From Thermoproteota archaeon (GTDB lineage Archaea; Thermoproteota; Thermoprotei; Thermofilales; B9-G17), in contig JAPDJW010000001.1 of NCBI GenBank assembly GCA_029258885.1, forward strand, positions 128,001-192,000: a DNA stretch of 64,000 nt, given 5' to 3'. This document shows, in pieces, positions 17,171 to 31,577 of the stretch. Both the position numbers and the translations under genes were made by a program. The notes under the pieces are model-generated. The model saw only the letters and a program-made list of their open reading frames with translations, did not search any database and was not told the origin of the DNA. The stretch's first letter is position 1. Each line of letters opens with the position of its first letter.

Positions 17171-19222
17171 ATGAGAACAGATACCTACGCTGAGATTCTC
17201 AAGGTATTGGCAAATAAAATAAGGTTAGAAATTTTGCGTGCTCTATACCATAAGGGACAATTATCTTTTACTAATCTTGAGTCAGCGTTAGGTCTAAACG
17301 AGTCAGAGAGGGGCAAGTTTGCCTATCATTTAAACTTACTAAAGGAACATGGATTAGTTGAATATGATAATGTAAGAGCTGTCTATAGTCTTTCAAAGCT
17401 CGGCAAGATGCTTTTTAGTCATATACGGATAATAGAAGAGGAAGTACTAAAAAAACGGAAAGGCAAGTTGATTTTCCTGTATTCGGCAAAGGAAGATTCC
17501 TTGGAAAAGCTTACGAAAGAGACGTTATGTTATTATCTAACCAAGAATGTAGGCCTGCCCAAAAGCCTAGCTAATAAAATTTATATATACATACGTGAAA
17601 TGTTGGAAAAGCTAGCAGAGGATGAGGTTATCTCTGATGATCTGCTTGAAGATATAACGTATTTCTATCTATTAGATCAAAATTATATAGATATATACCT
17701 GGACAATTTGAAAATAGGATATCCTTTAAAATCGTTTACGGAGAAAGTCTCGGATACAAGCACTGTGAGCCTAACATGTTCGTTAGCTCGCGAATACATA
17801 TTTAATAGGCTAGTTACCGATAGATGCAAGGTTTGGATAGCAAAAAATATAATCTTCATAAACAAAATCTGTGATATTTTAAATTCTCCTATTTCTATAG
17901 ACTTTCCTTTAAATGCCTTCGCTTCTCTATGGAAAAATCATATTTTTATGAGAACATTCCTCAGCGAAATATTTAGAATTATAAAATCATATAAAATAAA
18001 TATATTCTTTTCGGATGTTGAAAGTATACTACCTCTAATGCCCAATGAAAGTAAAGAGTTGTTTTACAAGTTCTTGTTAATCACCAAATACCTGCTTGTA
18101 GACACAGATAACATTATTTCAGTAAACATGAATCTAAACCATGGCAAACTGGAATATATTTTGGAATTTCTAAAGAGTTTGAAGAGACAATATTATGGGG
18201 CTGACTTTGTAAGCAGATCTCATCACATTCTCATATACACTAAAGGCATAAGACCCATTATTGACAACAGGAAGTTAGGTCGCGTTACATATGATCTTGT
18301 CCAAGACCATTGGCCAGTCTTTTTCTCCGATGATGGAGATTGTTCGTTATTCTGTAGTGAGGGGAAAATAACTATTCATTCAGGCAGTGTTGCTGTCGTT
18401 CTTCCTACATTAACTTTACTTTCAAAGAATGATGAGACGATAATTGTTAGCTACTTAGAGGAGATCCTTGGTGATATCGTAGTTTTCTTTATTAACCATA
18501 ATAAATTGGTAAGAGAGAAATGGAAGGAAATGATAAAGAGTCTTGAAATCGATATTGCAGACATTAAATTTAGCTATTCTATCCCTATAGTTGGATCACA
18601 TGTATCATCTGTTATGATAAACCGTAGTTTTAATAAAAATTTTATAAGAAATATATATATTCAAGCCAGAAATATTTTAGAGGATGTTATAAGTAACCTA
18701 CCGATTCGTGAAGAAATAGATGTTAAAGTAACAGCAATTAACCAAGACTTGGACATTTTTAAGACTATAGAATTTAATATGTTAAGAATTTTATCGAAGA
18801 AATTGCCGTCACATAGCGAGATCCTAAGAAACTTTAATGTAACGGGATTTTTATCGCATGCTTTAAGAATTCCTGCCTCCGAAAGAATAAGAATGGAGGG
18901 ACAGTTACAGAATGAAACAAAGGTTCAAAGCCTCTTAAACATTCATATAAGTCATCCCTTTGTCCCATTCTCGGATTTTAAAAAGCTACTTAGTTTGATG
19001 TTAGAGGATAACGTAAGATTAGCTACGATAACACAGGACTACACAGTGTGTGAAGACTGTTTATCGAAGGAACAAGGCTTTCTAAGTATGTGTCCTAATT
19101 GTTCAAGCTATAGGCAAAGTCACTACGGGAAAGTATTATACCGATATATTCCCCTCAACAGCCTAAATTCATTGTCTAAGAAAGAATATATCTCGAGAAT
19201 CAGATACACCTATATCTCCTAG
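17171..19222 (+). CDS. ArsR-type wHTH + ATP-cone + degenerate class III ribonucleotide reductase (NrdD)-fold protein
   Basis: N-terminal LANKIRLEILRAL..SFTNL..GKFAYHLNLL; ATP-cone-like residues ~100-175; C-terminal CEDC..CPNCSS then YGKVLYRYIP..N..KKEYISR, aligning to the NrdD tail without the radical Gly. Confidence 0.75.
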   Translation: MRTDTYAEILKVLANKIRLEILRALYHKGQLSFTNLESALGLNESERGKFAYHLNLLKEHGLVEYDNVRAVYSLSKLGKMLFSHIRIIEEEVLKKRKGKLIFLYSAKEDSLEKLTKETLCYYLTKNVGLPKSLANKIYIYIREMLEKLAEDEVISDDLLEDITYFYLLDQNYIDIYLDNLKIGYPLKSFTEKVSDTSTVSLTCSLAREYIFNRLVTDRCKVWIAKNIIFINKICDILNSPISIDFPLNAFASLWKNHIFMRTFLSEIFRIIKSYKINIFFSDVESILPLMPNESKELFYKFLLITKYLLVDTDNIISVNMNLNHGKLEYILEFLKSLKRQYYGADFVSRSHHILIYTKGIRPIIDNRKLGRVTYDLVQDHWPVFFSDDGDCSLFCSEGKITIHSGSVAVVLPTLTLLSKNDETIIVSYLEEILGDIVVFFINHNKLVREKWKEMIKSLEIDIADIKFSYSIPIVGSHVSSVMINRSFNKNFIRNIYIQARNILEDVISNLPIREEIDVKVTAINQDLDIFKTIEFNMLRILSKKLPSHSEILRNFNVTGFLSHALRIPASERIRMEGQLQNETKVQSLLNIHISHPFVPFSDFKKLLSLMLEDNVRLATITQDYTVCEDCLSKEQGFLSMCPNCSSYRQSHYGKVLYRYIPLNSLNSLSKKEYISRIRYTYIS

Positions 19223-19226
19223 GTTA

Positions 19227-19805
19227 CTAGGTTATTTTCTTAAAGAAAAAGTAGTTGACCAAAGCTATACATTGGCTGGTTAGATACGATACTGGTCCAA
19301 GGCTAATTCTAGTGGCATTTACGTTATTAAGGAATCGTTCTTGTTCTACACATAAACCCTTTTGATCACCTAATATAAAAAGATAATTCACTTTCCTATT
19401 GAAATTAAATTCCTGTATTGGAGAACCGTCTTCAACTAAATATATAGGCTTAAATTCTCTTATCAAATTAGTAACTAATTTCCTAAAGTCTAGCTTATAT
19501 AGCTTAATTCCAGGAAACTTTCTACCTCTCATGGCATCAATGAGAATTTCACATAAATCTATCTCGCTCTCCGGTAATGATGATACTCTATTGCCGTCTA
19601 TCTCTATTACGAGGGGAGGAGAAGGAGGGCCTTCAAGTAAGGCGTAGAATTTTATCATACCTTTAAAACGGTTAGGCATAGAGAAGGCCGATAGAATGCT
19701 TCTGAGTATTAGGTCAAATCTACCACTAGTAGAAGCAATGGATCTTATATTGAAATCAGGGCTTGTATGCGCAGTAGATGATTTAACTAAATATGCTATT
19801 TTCAT
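19227..19805 (-). CDS. trmY: tRNA (pseudouridine54-N1)-methyltransferase TrmY
   Basis: SGRFDLILRSILSAF, LEGPPSPP, FILGDQKGL, ISLGPVSYLTSQCI. Confidence 0.88.
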   Translation of the reverse strand: MKIAYLVKSSTAHTSPDFNIRSIASTSGRFDLILRSILSAFSMPNRFKGMIKFYALLEGPPSPPLVIEIDGNRVSSLPESEIDLCEILIDAMRGRKFPGIKLYKLDFRKLVTNLIREFKPIYLVEDGSPIQEFNFNRKVNYLFILGDQKGLCVEQERFLNNVNATRISLGPVSYLTSQCIALVNYFFFKKIT

Positions 19806-20092
19806 CTGCCCAAGGATATTCTTTTCTTCCTCTCTTCACGAGATCTAATTCTTATAACTCCCTGAAATATTGCACAATTGATACATAAGTACTTAGTTAC
19901 ATAGTAGCGTGGAATTATAGCTCCTTGTGCACGTAATTCTCTTTCAAGCTGAGGATCTATTAAGCTTAGCCTCCTAGTAACTCTGACCGCTTTAGATCTT
20001 GGTATCAGTGCTCCACATGCGTCACATTGAACTATACTCTCCTTTCCTTTACCACCTTTATGTCTTCCCCTATTTTTTCGCTTTTTAGGCAT
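19802..20092 (-). CDS. rps26e: 30S ribosomal protein S26e
   Basis: MPKKRKNRGRHKG, VQCDACG..IPRSKA, YLCINCAI..IRIRSREER. Confidence 0.96.
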   Translation of the reverse strand: MPKKRKNRGRHKGGKGKESIVQCDACGALIPRSKAVRVTRRLSLIDPQLERELRAQGAIIPRYYVTKYLCINCAIFQGVIRIRSREERKKRISLGR

Positions 20093-20114
20093 ACTAACAC
20101 CTCTTGAATTATTT

Positions 20115-20207
20115 GGGAGGGTTTTCACCGCCCGTTAACACTCACCTTCATAGCCCGACGCAATCGTCGGCCTCCGGGAGCTCTCTGCGAGCGGTATACA
20201 CCCTCCC
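20115..20207 (-). ncRNA. Unassigned GC-rich structured RNA or 5' leader upstream of rps26e
   Basis: Nested stems GGGAGGGT/ACCCTCCC, TACCGC/GCGGTG, CCGACG-ATTG-CGTCGG; G-U pairs favour the minus strand; TATA boxes at 20222-20243. Confidence 0.55.
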
Positions 20208-20238
20208 TTCTGTGAATCTTCTTATAAAATGGGAGTTA

Positions 20239-20284
20239 TAAAGTTTGTCCCTTGGGCTCTCTTACTTAGGAGGGGCAAACTTTA
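20239..20284. repeat. 14-bp inverted repeat (one G-T) overlapping divergent promoter boxes
   Basis: TAAAGTTTGTCCCT-N18-AGGGGCAAACTTTA. Confidence 0.7.
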
Positions 20285-20565
20285 CATTCTTGTATTTATT
20301 CCGTACGATTGAGCGAAAATGAGTTTTTCCTACTAATCTCACTCTATTTTTCGTCGTGTCATTTTAGCGTTAATAATACGAAAGTTACTATGTCAAAGAG
20401 CTCCCAGTTTAAGTCATACTACGGACATAGGGGGCAGCTAATACATGTATTGTACTTACTGTATGGACTTAAAGTTAAAACCCGCTTAACTTTATATGTG
20501 AGTTATTCTATTTCTTCATGGCGTTGGGATGCTTATCAGACGATTTGAAAAATGGAGGTGATCGT

Positions 20566-21771
20566 GTGGGAGGATTATCTGCGTCTATGAAATATGTAAT
20601 ATATGCGGACGTTGAAATTGACGGCATAGTGGAGAAGCCAGATATAATAGGCGCTATATTTGGCCAGACAGAAGGGCTACTAGGCGAAGACCTAGATTTA
20701 AGAGAGTTGCAGAAGACAGGAAGAATAGGTAGGATACAGGTAAGGGTAAGCACAAAGGATAACAAAACTGTAGGTACATTAATGGTACCGTCAAACCTAG
20801 ATAGAGTTGAAACAGCGCTAATAGCTGCAGCCATAGAGAGTGTCGATAAGATAGGTCCCTATAGCGCTAAAGTCAAAGTTACAAAAATAGAGGATCTGAG
20901 AGCAAAAAAGAGAAAGTGGATAATTGAGCGAGCCAAGGAACTGCTACGTAAGTGGGAAGAGGAGGAAGCTCCCGAAAGTAAAAAGCTGGCTGAGGAGGTT
21001 CTTAAAGCTATTAGAGCCGCGGAAGTAATAAGTTTCGGGCCGGAAAAATTACCCGCAGGACCCGATGTCGCGTCAGCTAGCACAATAATCGTCGTGGAGG
21101 GAAGAGCCGACGTTATAAACCTGCTTAAGCATGGCTATAAGAATGTAATAGGCCTTGAAGGAGCGACGATACCGAAGACCATAGTAGATCTAAGCAAGAA
21201 GAAGACGGTCATAGCTTTTGTCGACGGAGATAGAGGAGGAGACTTAATTCTAAAGAATTTAATTAATGTTGCGGAGATAGATTTTATTGCTAGAGCACCA
21301 TCTGGAAGAGAGGTTGAAGAGCTTACTGGAAAGGAGATAGCTAAATGTCTGAGAAATAAGGTTCCAGTAGAAGAGTATCTGGAGGTTATCAGAAAAGAGA
21401 AGCCGACAAAAGTGCTTACAATAAGGGAAGAGAAAGAGCTAGGAGAGCTTGGTGTAGAAATTCCAGGTGGGGTAGTTGATAGGGCGTTGAATCTAGCTGG
21501 GACGTTGGAGGGATACTTTTATGATAGGGAGTGGAGGGAGATCACGAAATTTGCCGTCAGCGAGTTAGCTGAACTGATCCCCAAGTACGAGGAAATATAT
21601 GCAATAGTATTTGATGGAATAGTTACTCAGAGGGTACTTGACGAAGCTTCTAGACGCAATGTTAGGGTAATTATTGCAAATAGAATAGGAAAAGTAGCAA
21701 AACTTCCAGAAGATATCAAGATAGTAACGTTCAATGAACTACGGAAAACCTCAGGAAAAGAAGAGGGTTAA
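20566..21771 (+). CDS. dnaG: Archaeal DnaG-type primase / exosome-associated protein
   Basis: DGIVEKPDIIGAIFGQTEGLLG, TOPRIM IVVEGRADV, AFVDGDRGG; GTG start after GGAGGTGA. Confidence 0.96.
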   Translation: MGGLSASMKYVIYADVEIDGIVEKPDIIGAIFGQTEGLLGEDLDLRELQKTGRIGRIQVRVSTKDNKTVGTLMVPSNLDRVETALIAAAIESVDKIGPYSAKVKVTKIEDLRAKKRKWIIERAKELLRKWEEEEAPESKKLAEEVLKAIRAAEVISFGPEKLPAGPDVASASTIIVVEGRADVINLLKHGYKNVIGLEGATIPKTIVDLSKKKTVIAFVDGDRGGDLILKNLINVAEIDFIARAPSGREVEELTGKEIAKCLRNKVPVEEYLEVIRKEKPTKVLTIREEKELGELGVEIPGGVVDRALNLAGTLEGYFYDREWREITKFAVSELAELIPKYEEIYAIVFDGIVTQRVLDEASRRNVRVIIANRIGKVAKLPEDIKIVTFNELRKTSGKEEG

Positions 21772-21772
21772 T

Positions 21773-22534
21773 CTAAGGCTTCTTTGCCACTATTATAAAT
21801 CCCGTGTGTCCCACCATATGCATCTTCGGCCTTATAGCATACGGCTTTACTTCATAATACCTAACTATCCCATCCAAAAGTAGAATATCAATAAAATCGG
21901 AGGAATGAAGAATCTTTAGCATTTTCTCCACCTGATTATATGTTGGGACAAAACACGTTAAGGTGCCTCCGTGCTTTAAAGCCTTGTAAGCGTGGTCTAC
22001 TACCAACCAAGGTGACGCCATATCTAAGATCACCGAATCGACGTCATCTTCGTCTATACCTTCGGTTATGTCCTTATTCTTCAAAATAACCCACTTTTCC
22101 AATCCGGCTTTCTCTAAATTTTTCCTAGCTACATCAATGAACTCCTTACGGATCTCATAACTTATAACGAGTCCTGAAGGACGGACGAAGTTTGCTAACG
22201 TTGCCGTTAGAACGCCTGATCCAGTCCCGCTCTCAACTACCTTAGCTCCAGGGAATACGTTTGAATATATAAGTATTAGCCCTAGGTCTTTAGGATAAAT
22301 TACCTGTGTTTTTCTCTTAAATTTCATTAGAAAGTCCAGGAATGTAGGTCTTGCTATTTTAAATTTCTTACCTATATTAGTCAAGACCTCGGTACCGTAT
22401 TCTGATCCAATTACATCATCAAGTTTTATGTAACCTAATCGAGTATGTAAAATCTTCCCCTTTTTTACTTTAACAAGGAATTTATCTCGTTTGCTGCTAT
22501 ATAATAGTACATAATCACCGTCTTCAACCTTCAT
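21773..22534 (-). CDS. trmI: tRNA (adenine57/58-N1)-methyltransferase TrmI
   Basis: TQVIYPKD, VVESGTGSGVLT, YEIRKEF, LDMASPW, GHTGFI. Confidence 0.94.
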   Translation of the reverse strand: MKVEDGDYVLLYSSKRDKFLVKVKKGKILHTRLGYIKLDDVIGSEYGTEVLTNIGKKFKIARPTFLDFLMKFKRKTQVIYPKDLGLILIYSNVFPGAKVVESGTGSGVLTATLANFVRPSGLVISYEIRKEFIDVARKNLEKAGLEKWVILKNKDITEGIDEDDVDSVILDMASPWLVVDHAYKALKHGGTLTCFVPTYNQVEKMLKILHSSDFIDILLLDGIVRYYEVKPYAIRPKMHMVGHTGFIIVAKKP

Positions 22535-22886
22535 TCTAATCCCTTCGTATATGCTAGACTTATAATAGGTAATGCAGTAGAGTATATTTTTCTTATCAGG
22601 AAGCATGTGATAGCATTTTTCTTTTTGCTAATTTCTGTTCTGCCTATTTATTCCTACTGCATCAAGGGAGGGCTACATAAATAATGAGGTAAATGGTACA
22701 TTCTCTAATGTCTTACGAAGATTTTTACAATATATTGAAACAGAAGACTTATATATAATGTTGTATGTCTTTAGATCAAAAAATTAAGTAATCGCATGTT
22801 TAAACCAGTTTATTCAGATGGTAATACTTATATATTGTTACTTTATCCTAAATTGGGATATTTGGTAGGGTTTAGGTGGTATAATC

Positions 22887-23132
22887 TTGGCTGGGAAAAA
22901 ATTTAGTGTTTTAAAGCATGTTCTCGTTCCGGAACATATACTGCTATCTAGAGAGGAAGCTAGGAGGATTCTTAAGAAAATGGGCATTAAACCGAGTCAA
23001 TTACCGTGGATGCTAGCGTCGGATCCCGTAGCTGTTGAACTTGGAGCCAAGCCTGGGGATATTGTCATGATCATCAGGGATAGCCCTACAGCTGGTAAGG
23101 CAATAGCCTTTAGGTTAGTTATTGCTGGGTGA
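22887..23132 (+). CDS. rpoH: RNA polymerase subunit Rpo5 (H)
   Basis: [29 protein letters not shown]. Confidence 0.97.
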   Translation: MAGKKFSVLKHVLVPEHILLSREEARRILKKMGIKPSQLPWMLASDPVAVELGAKPGDIVMIIRDSPTAGKAIAFRLVIAG

Positions 23133-23136
23133 GAAC

Positions 23137-26100
23137 ATGTTAACATCCGAGGATAGATGGAAGCTTGTTGAGGCATATATTAAGGAGAAAGGACTAGTAC
23201 GGCAGCATTTAGACTCTTATAATCATTTTATACAGCATGTTCTCCAGCAGATAATAGATGAGCAAGGCATTATAGAGACGGAGATTCCAGGCCTTTTCAT
23301 AAGGCTAGGTAAAATAGAGGTTGGTAAGCCTCAGGTTAAGGAAGCCGATGGATCGGTTTCAGAGATATTACCCATGGAGGCTAGGATAAGGAATCTTTCA
23401 TACTCAGCTCCCCTTTACCTAGAAATGACTCTTGTCGTAGATAATGAGGAGCAATCCACGGTATCGGTGTATATAGGGGATATGCCCATAATGGTAAAGT
23501 CGATATTGTGTCCACTATCCAAGATGAGTAAGGAGGAATTAATCAGAATAGGCGAAGATCCGGAGGATCCAGGCGGATACTTTATCATTAATGGTTCCGA
23601 AAGAGTTCTCGTAACTCAGGAAGACTTAGCCGTAAACAGAATTCTGGTAGATTATGGAAGTGCCGGATCCTCGGTAACTCATATGGCTAAAGTTTTTTCG
23701 GCCACAACCGCTTATAGAATACCAGTTGTGGTGGAGAGGCATAAGGACGGAATATTGTATGTTTCATTCCCAGCTATAGCTGGGAAAATCCCGTTAGTAG
23801 TAGTTATGAGGGCACTTGGCCTAGAGACAGATAAGCAGATAACTGAGGCCGTTTCTCTTGATCCGCAGATAATAAATGAGTTTATAACTTCTCTGCTACA
23901 ATGCCCGGTTAAAACTCAGGAAGAGGCCCTAGACTATATAGGTAATAGAGTTGCAATAGGTCAGGTGAGGAGCGTAAGGATGGAGAGGGCAAAGAGGATA
24001 CTAGATAATTATCTTCTGCCACATTTGGGAAATACTCCCGAATCTAGGAAGATAAAGGCCTACTTCTTAGGGCAAATGGCTGAGAAGCTTCTGGAGCTTG
24101 TTCTAGGTAGACGTAAACCCGATGATAAGGACCACTATGCAAACAAGAGGCTTAAATTGGCCGGAGATCTCATGGCCATGTTGTTTAGATCTGCATTAAA
24201 GCAGTTTGTGAAGGATGTTAGGTATCAGCTTGAAAGGATGAGGAGTAGAAATAGGGAAATAGATCTTATCACGCTAGTTAGAGCTGACATAATTACGGAT
24301 CGATTAAAACACGCCCTAGCTACTGGAAATTGGGTAGGTGGAAGAACAGGCGTTAGCCAGCTACTGGATAGAACAAATTATCTATCGACAATTAGCCACC
24401 TACGGCGTGTAGTATCGCCTTTAAGTAGGACTCAGCCACACTTCGAGGCTAGAGAGTTACATCCGACACAGTGGGGAAGACTGTGTCCCGTTGAAAGTCC
24501 GGAAGGACAGAACTGTGGTCTCGTTAAAAACCTTGCATTATTAACTACCCTTTCGATAGGTATTGATGAAGAGGAGATAGAGCTTCTATTATACAGGTTA
24601 GGCGTAATACCGATAGATGCCGCAAGAAGTGAAAATAGAACAGGAACAAAAGTAATCCTGAATGGTAGACTAATAGGTATTCACGAGGATCCAGAAACCC
24701 TTGTTAAGGAAATTAGAGAAATGCGAAGGGACGGAAGAATATCCCATGAGGTAAATATTGCTTGGTATAGAGATGAGTGTATCGATGAAATCTACGTTAA
24801 CTGTGATGCTGGAAGGGCTAGGAGACCATTAATAATAGTCAGGAACGGCGAGCCACTGCTGAAAAAGGAACATATAGAGAAACTTGAAAAGGGCGAATGG
24901 ACATGGAGTGATTTAATAAAGCATGGATTAATCGAGTACCTAGACGCTGAAGAGGAGGAGAACGCATTAATAGCCGTAAATCCAGAGGAGCTGACGCCAG
25001 AGCATACTCACCTTGAAATAGTCCCCTCAGCAATACTCGGAGCCATAGCTTCAATTATCCCATATGCTCAGCATAATCAATCACCGAGAAATACCTATGA
25101 GGCGGCAATGGCTAAGCAATCACTAGGCATACCTTTCCTCAACTTTAGGCAGAGAATGGATTCAAGAATGCATTTGCTTCACTATCCCCAGAGGCCTCTT
25201 GTTGAAACAAAGATTATGAGAATCATAGGGTTCGATAAGAGACCTGCTGGACAGAACTTTATCGTTGCCGTAATGGTTGGAGGCGGTTATAATATTGAGG
25301 ACGCTCTCATTATTAATAAGGCTTCAATAGAAAGAGGCCTGGCCAGATCAACCTTCTTTAGGGTTTATGAAGCTGAGGAAAGAAAGTATCCAGGCGGACA
25401 AGAGGATGAAATTAAAATCCCTGAACCCGACGTTGCCGGGTATAGATCTATGGAAGCATATGCACACCTCGGCGAAGACGGTATCGTGGAGCCTGAATCC
25501 GAAGTTAGAGGAGGAGAAGTCATTATAGGCCGTGTAAGCCCTCCAAGATTCTTCGAGTCCATTGAGGTAAGATCAACAACCAGTAAGAGAGACACTTCGG
25601 TAAGCCTAAGATACGGGGAGAAGGGAATAGTGGATAGGGTCGTAATAACTATAACCTCGGACAACAACAAGCTAGTAAAAGTTAAGGTTAGGGATCCGAG
25701 AATACCCGAAATAGGAGACAAGTTTGCCTCAAGACATGGACAGAAGGGAGTAATCGGGATGATAGTTCCACAGGAAGACATGCCATTCACCGAAAGCGGT
25801 ATCGTTCCTGATTTAATAATCAATCCACATGCTATTCCTTCAAGAATGACCGTAGGACAGCTCCTGGAGTCCTTAGCAGGAAAAGTCGCGGCACTAGAGG
25901 GCAGATTTGTTGACGCAACACCATTTGAAGGAGAAAGCGTGAAAAGCCTGAGAGAAGCTCTCCTTAGACTTGGCTTCAGAAGCGATGGGAAGGAGGTCAT
26001 GTATAATGGAATAACTGGAGAACGATTTGAAGTAGAGATATTTATCGGTATAGTCTATTATCAGAAATTACACCACATGGTAGCTGATAAGATGCATGCG

Positions 26101-26451
26101 AGAGCTAGGGGACCAGTACAGATACTTACAAGGCAACCTACAGAGGGTAGAGCTAGGGAAGGAGGGTTAAGATTTGGAGAGATGGAGAAGGATTGCCTCG
26201 TAGGCCATGGGGCTTCTCTTCTTCTAAGAGAAAGACTATTTGAAGAATCTGATAAAACAACCGTATGGGTATGCAGTAGATGTGGTTTCATAGGATATTT
26301 CGACTCGAGAAAGGGAAGGCCGGTATGTCCGGTATGTGAAGATAAAGGTGAACTATATCCTGTAGAGATATCTTATGCTTTTAAATTACTGCTACAAGAG
26401 CTTATGTCCCTGGGAATAGCGCCTAGATTAATATTGGGTGATCCTGTATAG
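23137..26451 (+). CDS. rpoB: RNA polymerase subunit Rpo2 (B), unsplit
   Basis: [34 protein letters not shown]-terminal Zn ribbon. Confidence 0.98.
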   Translation: MLTSEDRWKLVEAYIKEKGLVRQHLDSYNHFIQHVLQQIIDEQGIIETEIPGLFIRLGKIEVGKPQVKEADGSVSEILPMEARIRNLSYSAPLYLEMTLVVDNEEQSTVSVYIGDMPIMVKSILCPLSKMSKEELIRIGEDPEDPGGYFIINGSERVLVTQEDLAVNRILVDYGSAGSSVTHMAKVFSATTAYRIPVVVERHKDGILYVSFPAIAGKIPLVVVMRALGLETDKQITEAVSLDPQIINEFITSLLQCPVKTQEEALDYIGNRVAIGQVRSVRMERAKRILDNYLLPHLGNTPESRKIKAYFLGQMAEKLLELVLGRRKPDDKDHYANKRLKLAGDLMAMLFRSALKQFVKDVRYQLERMRSRNREIDLITLVRADIITDRLKHALATGNWVGGRTGVSQLLDRTNYLSTISHLRRVVSPLSRTQPHFEARELHPTQWGRLCPVESPEGQNCGLVKNLALLTTLSIGIDEEEIELLLYRLGVIPIDAARSENRTGTKVILNGRLIGIHEDPETLVKEIREMRRDGRISHEVNIAWYRDECIDEIYVNCDAGRARRPLIIVRNGEPLLKKEHIEKLEKGEWTWSDLIKHGLIEYLDAEEEENALIAVNPEELTPEHTHLEIVPSAILGAIASIIPYAQHNQSPRNTYEAAMAKQSLGIPFLNFRQRMDSRMHLLHYPQRPLVETKIMRIIGFDKRPAGQNFIVAVMVGGGYNIEDALIINKASIERGLARSTFFRVYEAEERKYPGGQEDEIKIPEPDVAGYRSMEAYAHLGEDGIVEPESEVRGGEVIIGRVSPPRFFESIEVRSTTSKRDTSVSLRYGEKGIVDRVVITITSDNNKLVKVKVRDPRIPEIGDKFASRHGQKGVIGMIVPQEDMPFTESGIVPDLIINPHAIPSRMTVGQLLESLAGKVAALEGRFVDATPFEGESVKSLREALLRLGFRSDGKEVMYNGITGERFEVEIFIGIVYYQKLHHMVADKMHARARGPVQILTRQPTEGRAREGGLRFGEMEKDCLVGHGASLLLRERLFEESDKTTVWVCSRCGFIGYFDSRKGRPVCPVCEDKGELYPVEISYAFKLLLQELMSLGIAPRLILGDPV

Positions 26452-26461
26452 GGGTGAACAT

Positions 26462-30308
<3,847 letters not shown>

Positions 30309-30312
30309 TGAT

Positions 30313-30627
30313 ATGGTCGATTTAGTTAGAGAACTGAGAACCGCCATGAGAACAGGAAAAGTAGTTCTTGGAAGCAAGAGGACTCTAGCCTTAATAAAGC
30401 TGGGTAAAGCTAAACTTGTCATAATCGCAGATAACTGTCCACTAGACATACGCAGCGACATCGAATACTACTGCAAACTTGCTGATATTCCAATATATAT
30501 ATTTCCGGGAACGAGCTGGGATTTGGGGGCAATATGTGGAAAACCATTCATGGTAGCTTCACTCTGTATATTAGACCCAGGTGAAAGCGATGTTATGGCT
30601 CTAGTTGAGAAGGAAGAAGAGAAATAG
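30313..30627 (+). CDS. rpl30e: 50S ribosomal protein L30e
   Basis: TGKVVLGSK, LGAICGKPF, DPGESD. Confidence 0.97.
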   Translation: MVDLVRELRTAMRTGKVVLGSKRTLALIKLGKAKLVIIADNCPLDIRSDIEYYCKLADIPIYIFPGTSWDLGAICGKPFMVASLCILDPGESDVMALVEKEEEK

Positions 30628-30636
30628 GGTGATATT

Positions 30637-31068
30637 ATGCCCGTAAAGATAACCGAGGAGGAGATGAGGTATATTTCGCTTTTTGAAAGTCTAACGGGGG
30701 TTGTCGTTAAGGACTGTGTAATCGATAATAGTAGGGGGAGAATAATATTTCTAGTAAAGGAAGGACAGGTCGGAAAAGCTGTGGGAAAAAATGGTATAAA
30801 TATAAAGAGATTAAATAAATTGATTGGTAAAAGCATTGAAGTGGTAGAGTACGCGGAGACATTGGAGGATTTAATAAGGAAGTCGCTTTTTCCGGCAAAA
30901 ATTAGTAGCGTAAAACTAACTAAGACTTCGAATGGAAGGAAGGTCGTCATAGTTACAGTACCAGCAAGCGAGAAAGGCATAGCTATAGGCAAAGATGGAA
31001 AAAACATTTCGAGAGCAAGAATTTTAGCTAAGAGATACTTTGATGTGGACTGGGTAACCATCGTATAG
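30637..31068 (+). CDS. nusA: Archaeal NusA (KH domains)
   Basis: FESLTGVVVKDC, GKAVGKNG, AIGKDGKNI. Confidence 0.96.
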   Translation: MPVKITEEEMRYISLFESLTGVVVKDCVIDNSRGRIIFLVKEGQVGKAVGKNGINIKRLNKLIGKSIEVVEYAETLEDLIRKSLFPAKISSVKLTKTSNGRKVVIVTVPASEKGIAIGKDGKNISRARILAKRYFDVDWVTIV

Positions 31069-31124
31069 GAAAAATTTATAATAAGCCACATACTTAATCA
31101 CCTAGCATTTAATCAGGTGATAGT

Positions 31125-31568
31125 ATGCCCGGTTCTAAGTCGCCTAAGGGACTCTTCGCAGCAAGGAAGCTCAGGAGAAAGAGGAAGAAGTTTAGATGGA
31201 GTGATATTTACTACAAGAGGAAAATGTTAGGTCTAGATGTAAAGGCTGATCCATTAGAAGGAGCACCTATGGCGCGCGGCATAGTAATCGAAAAAGTTGG
31301 AATAGAAAGTAGACAGCCCAACAGCGCTGTAAGAAAATGCGTGAGAGTACAGCTAATTAAGAATGGAAAACAGGTTACTGCATTCCTTCCTGGAGACGGT
31401 TCATTAAACTTCGTTGATGAGCATGACGAAGTCATAATAGAAGGCATAGGAGGTCCTGAAGGAAGAGCCTATGGTGACCTTCCAGGAGTGAGGTATAAAG
31501 TCATAAAAGTTAACGGCGTATCTCTGAAGGCACTACTCTTGGGCAAAAAACAGAAGCCTATACGATAG
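31125..31568 (+). CDS. rps12: 30S ribosomal protein S12
   Basis: [27 protein letters not shown]. Confidence 0.98.
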   Translation: MPGSKSPKGLFAARKLRRKRKKFRWSDIYYKRKMLGLDVKADPLEGAPMARGIVIEKVGIESRQPNSAVRKCVRVQLIKNGKQVTAFLPGDGSLNFVDEHDEVIIEGIGGPEGRAYGDLPGVRYKVIKVNGVSLKALLLGKKQKPIR

Positions 31569-31577
31569 GGGAAGAAG

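Noticed and set aside
20115-20207. Permuted or split tRNA, 5S rRNA, SRP RNA, RNase P RNA or H/ACA guide
   Set aside because: No T-loop TTCRA, no 5S CCGAAC, no SRP helix-8 motif, no RNase P GAGGAA/ACAGAA; the terminal stem is not a BHB and no properly spaced ACA box is present.
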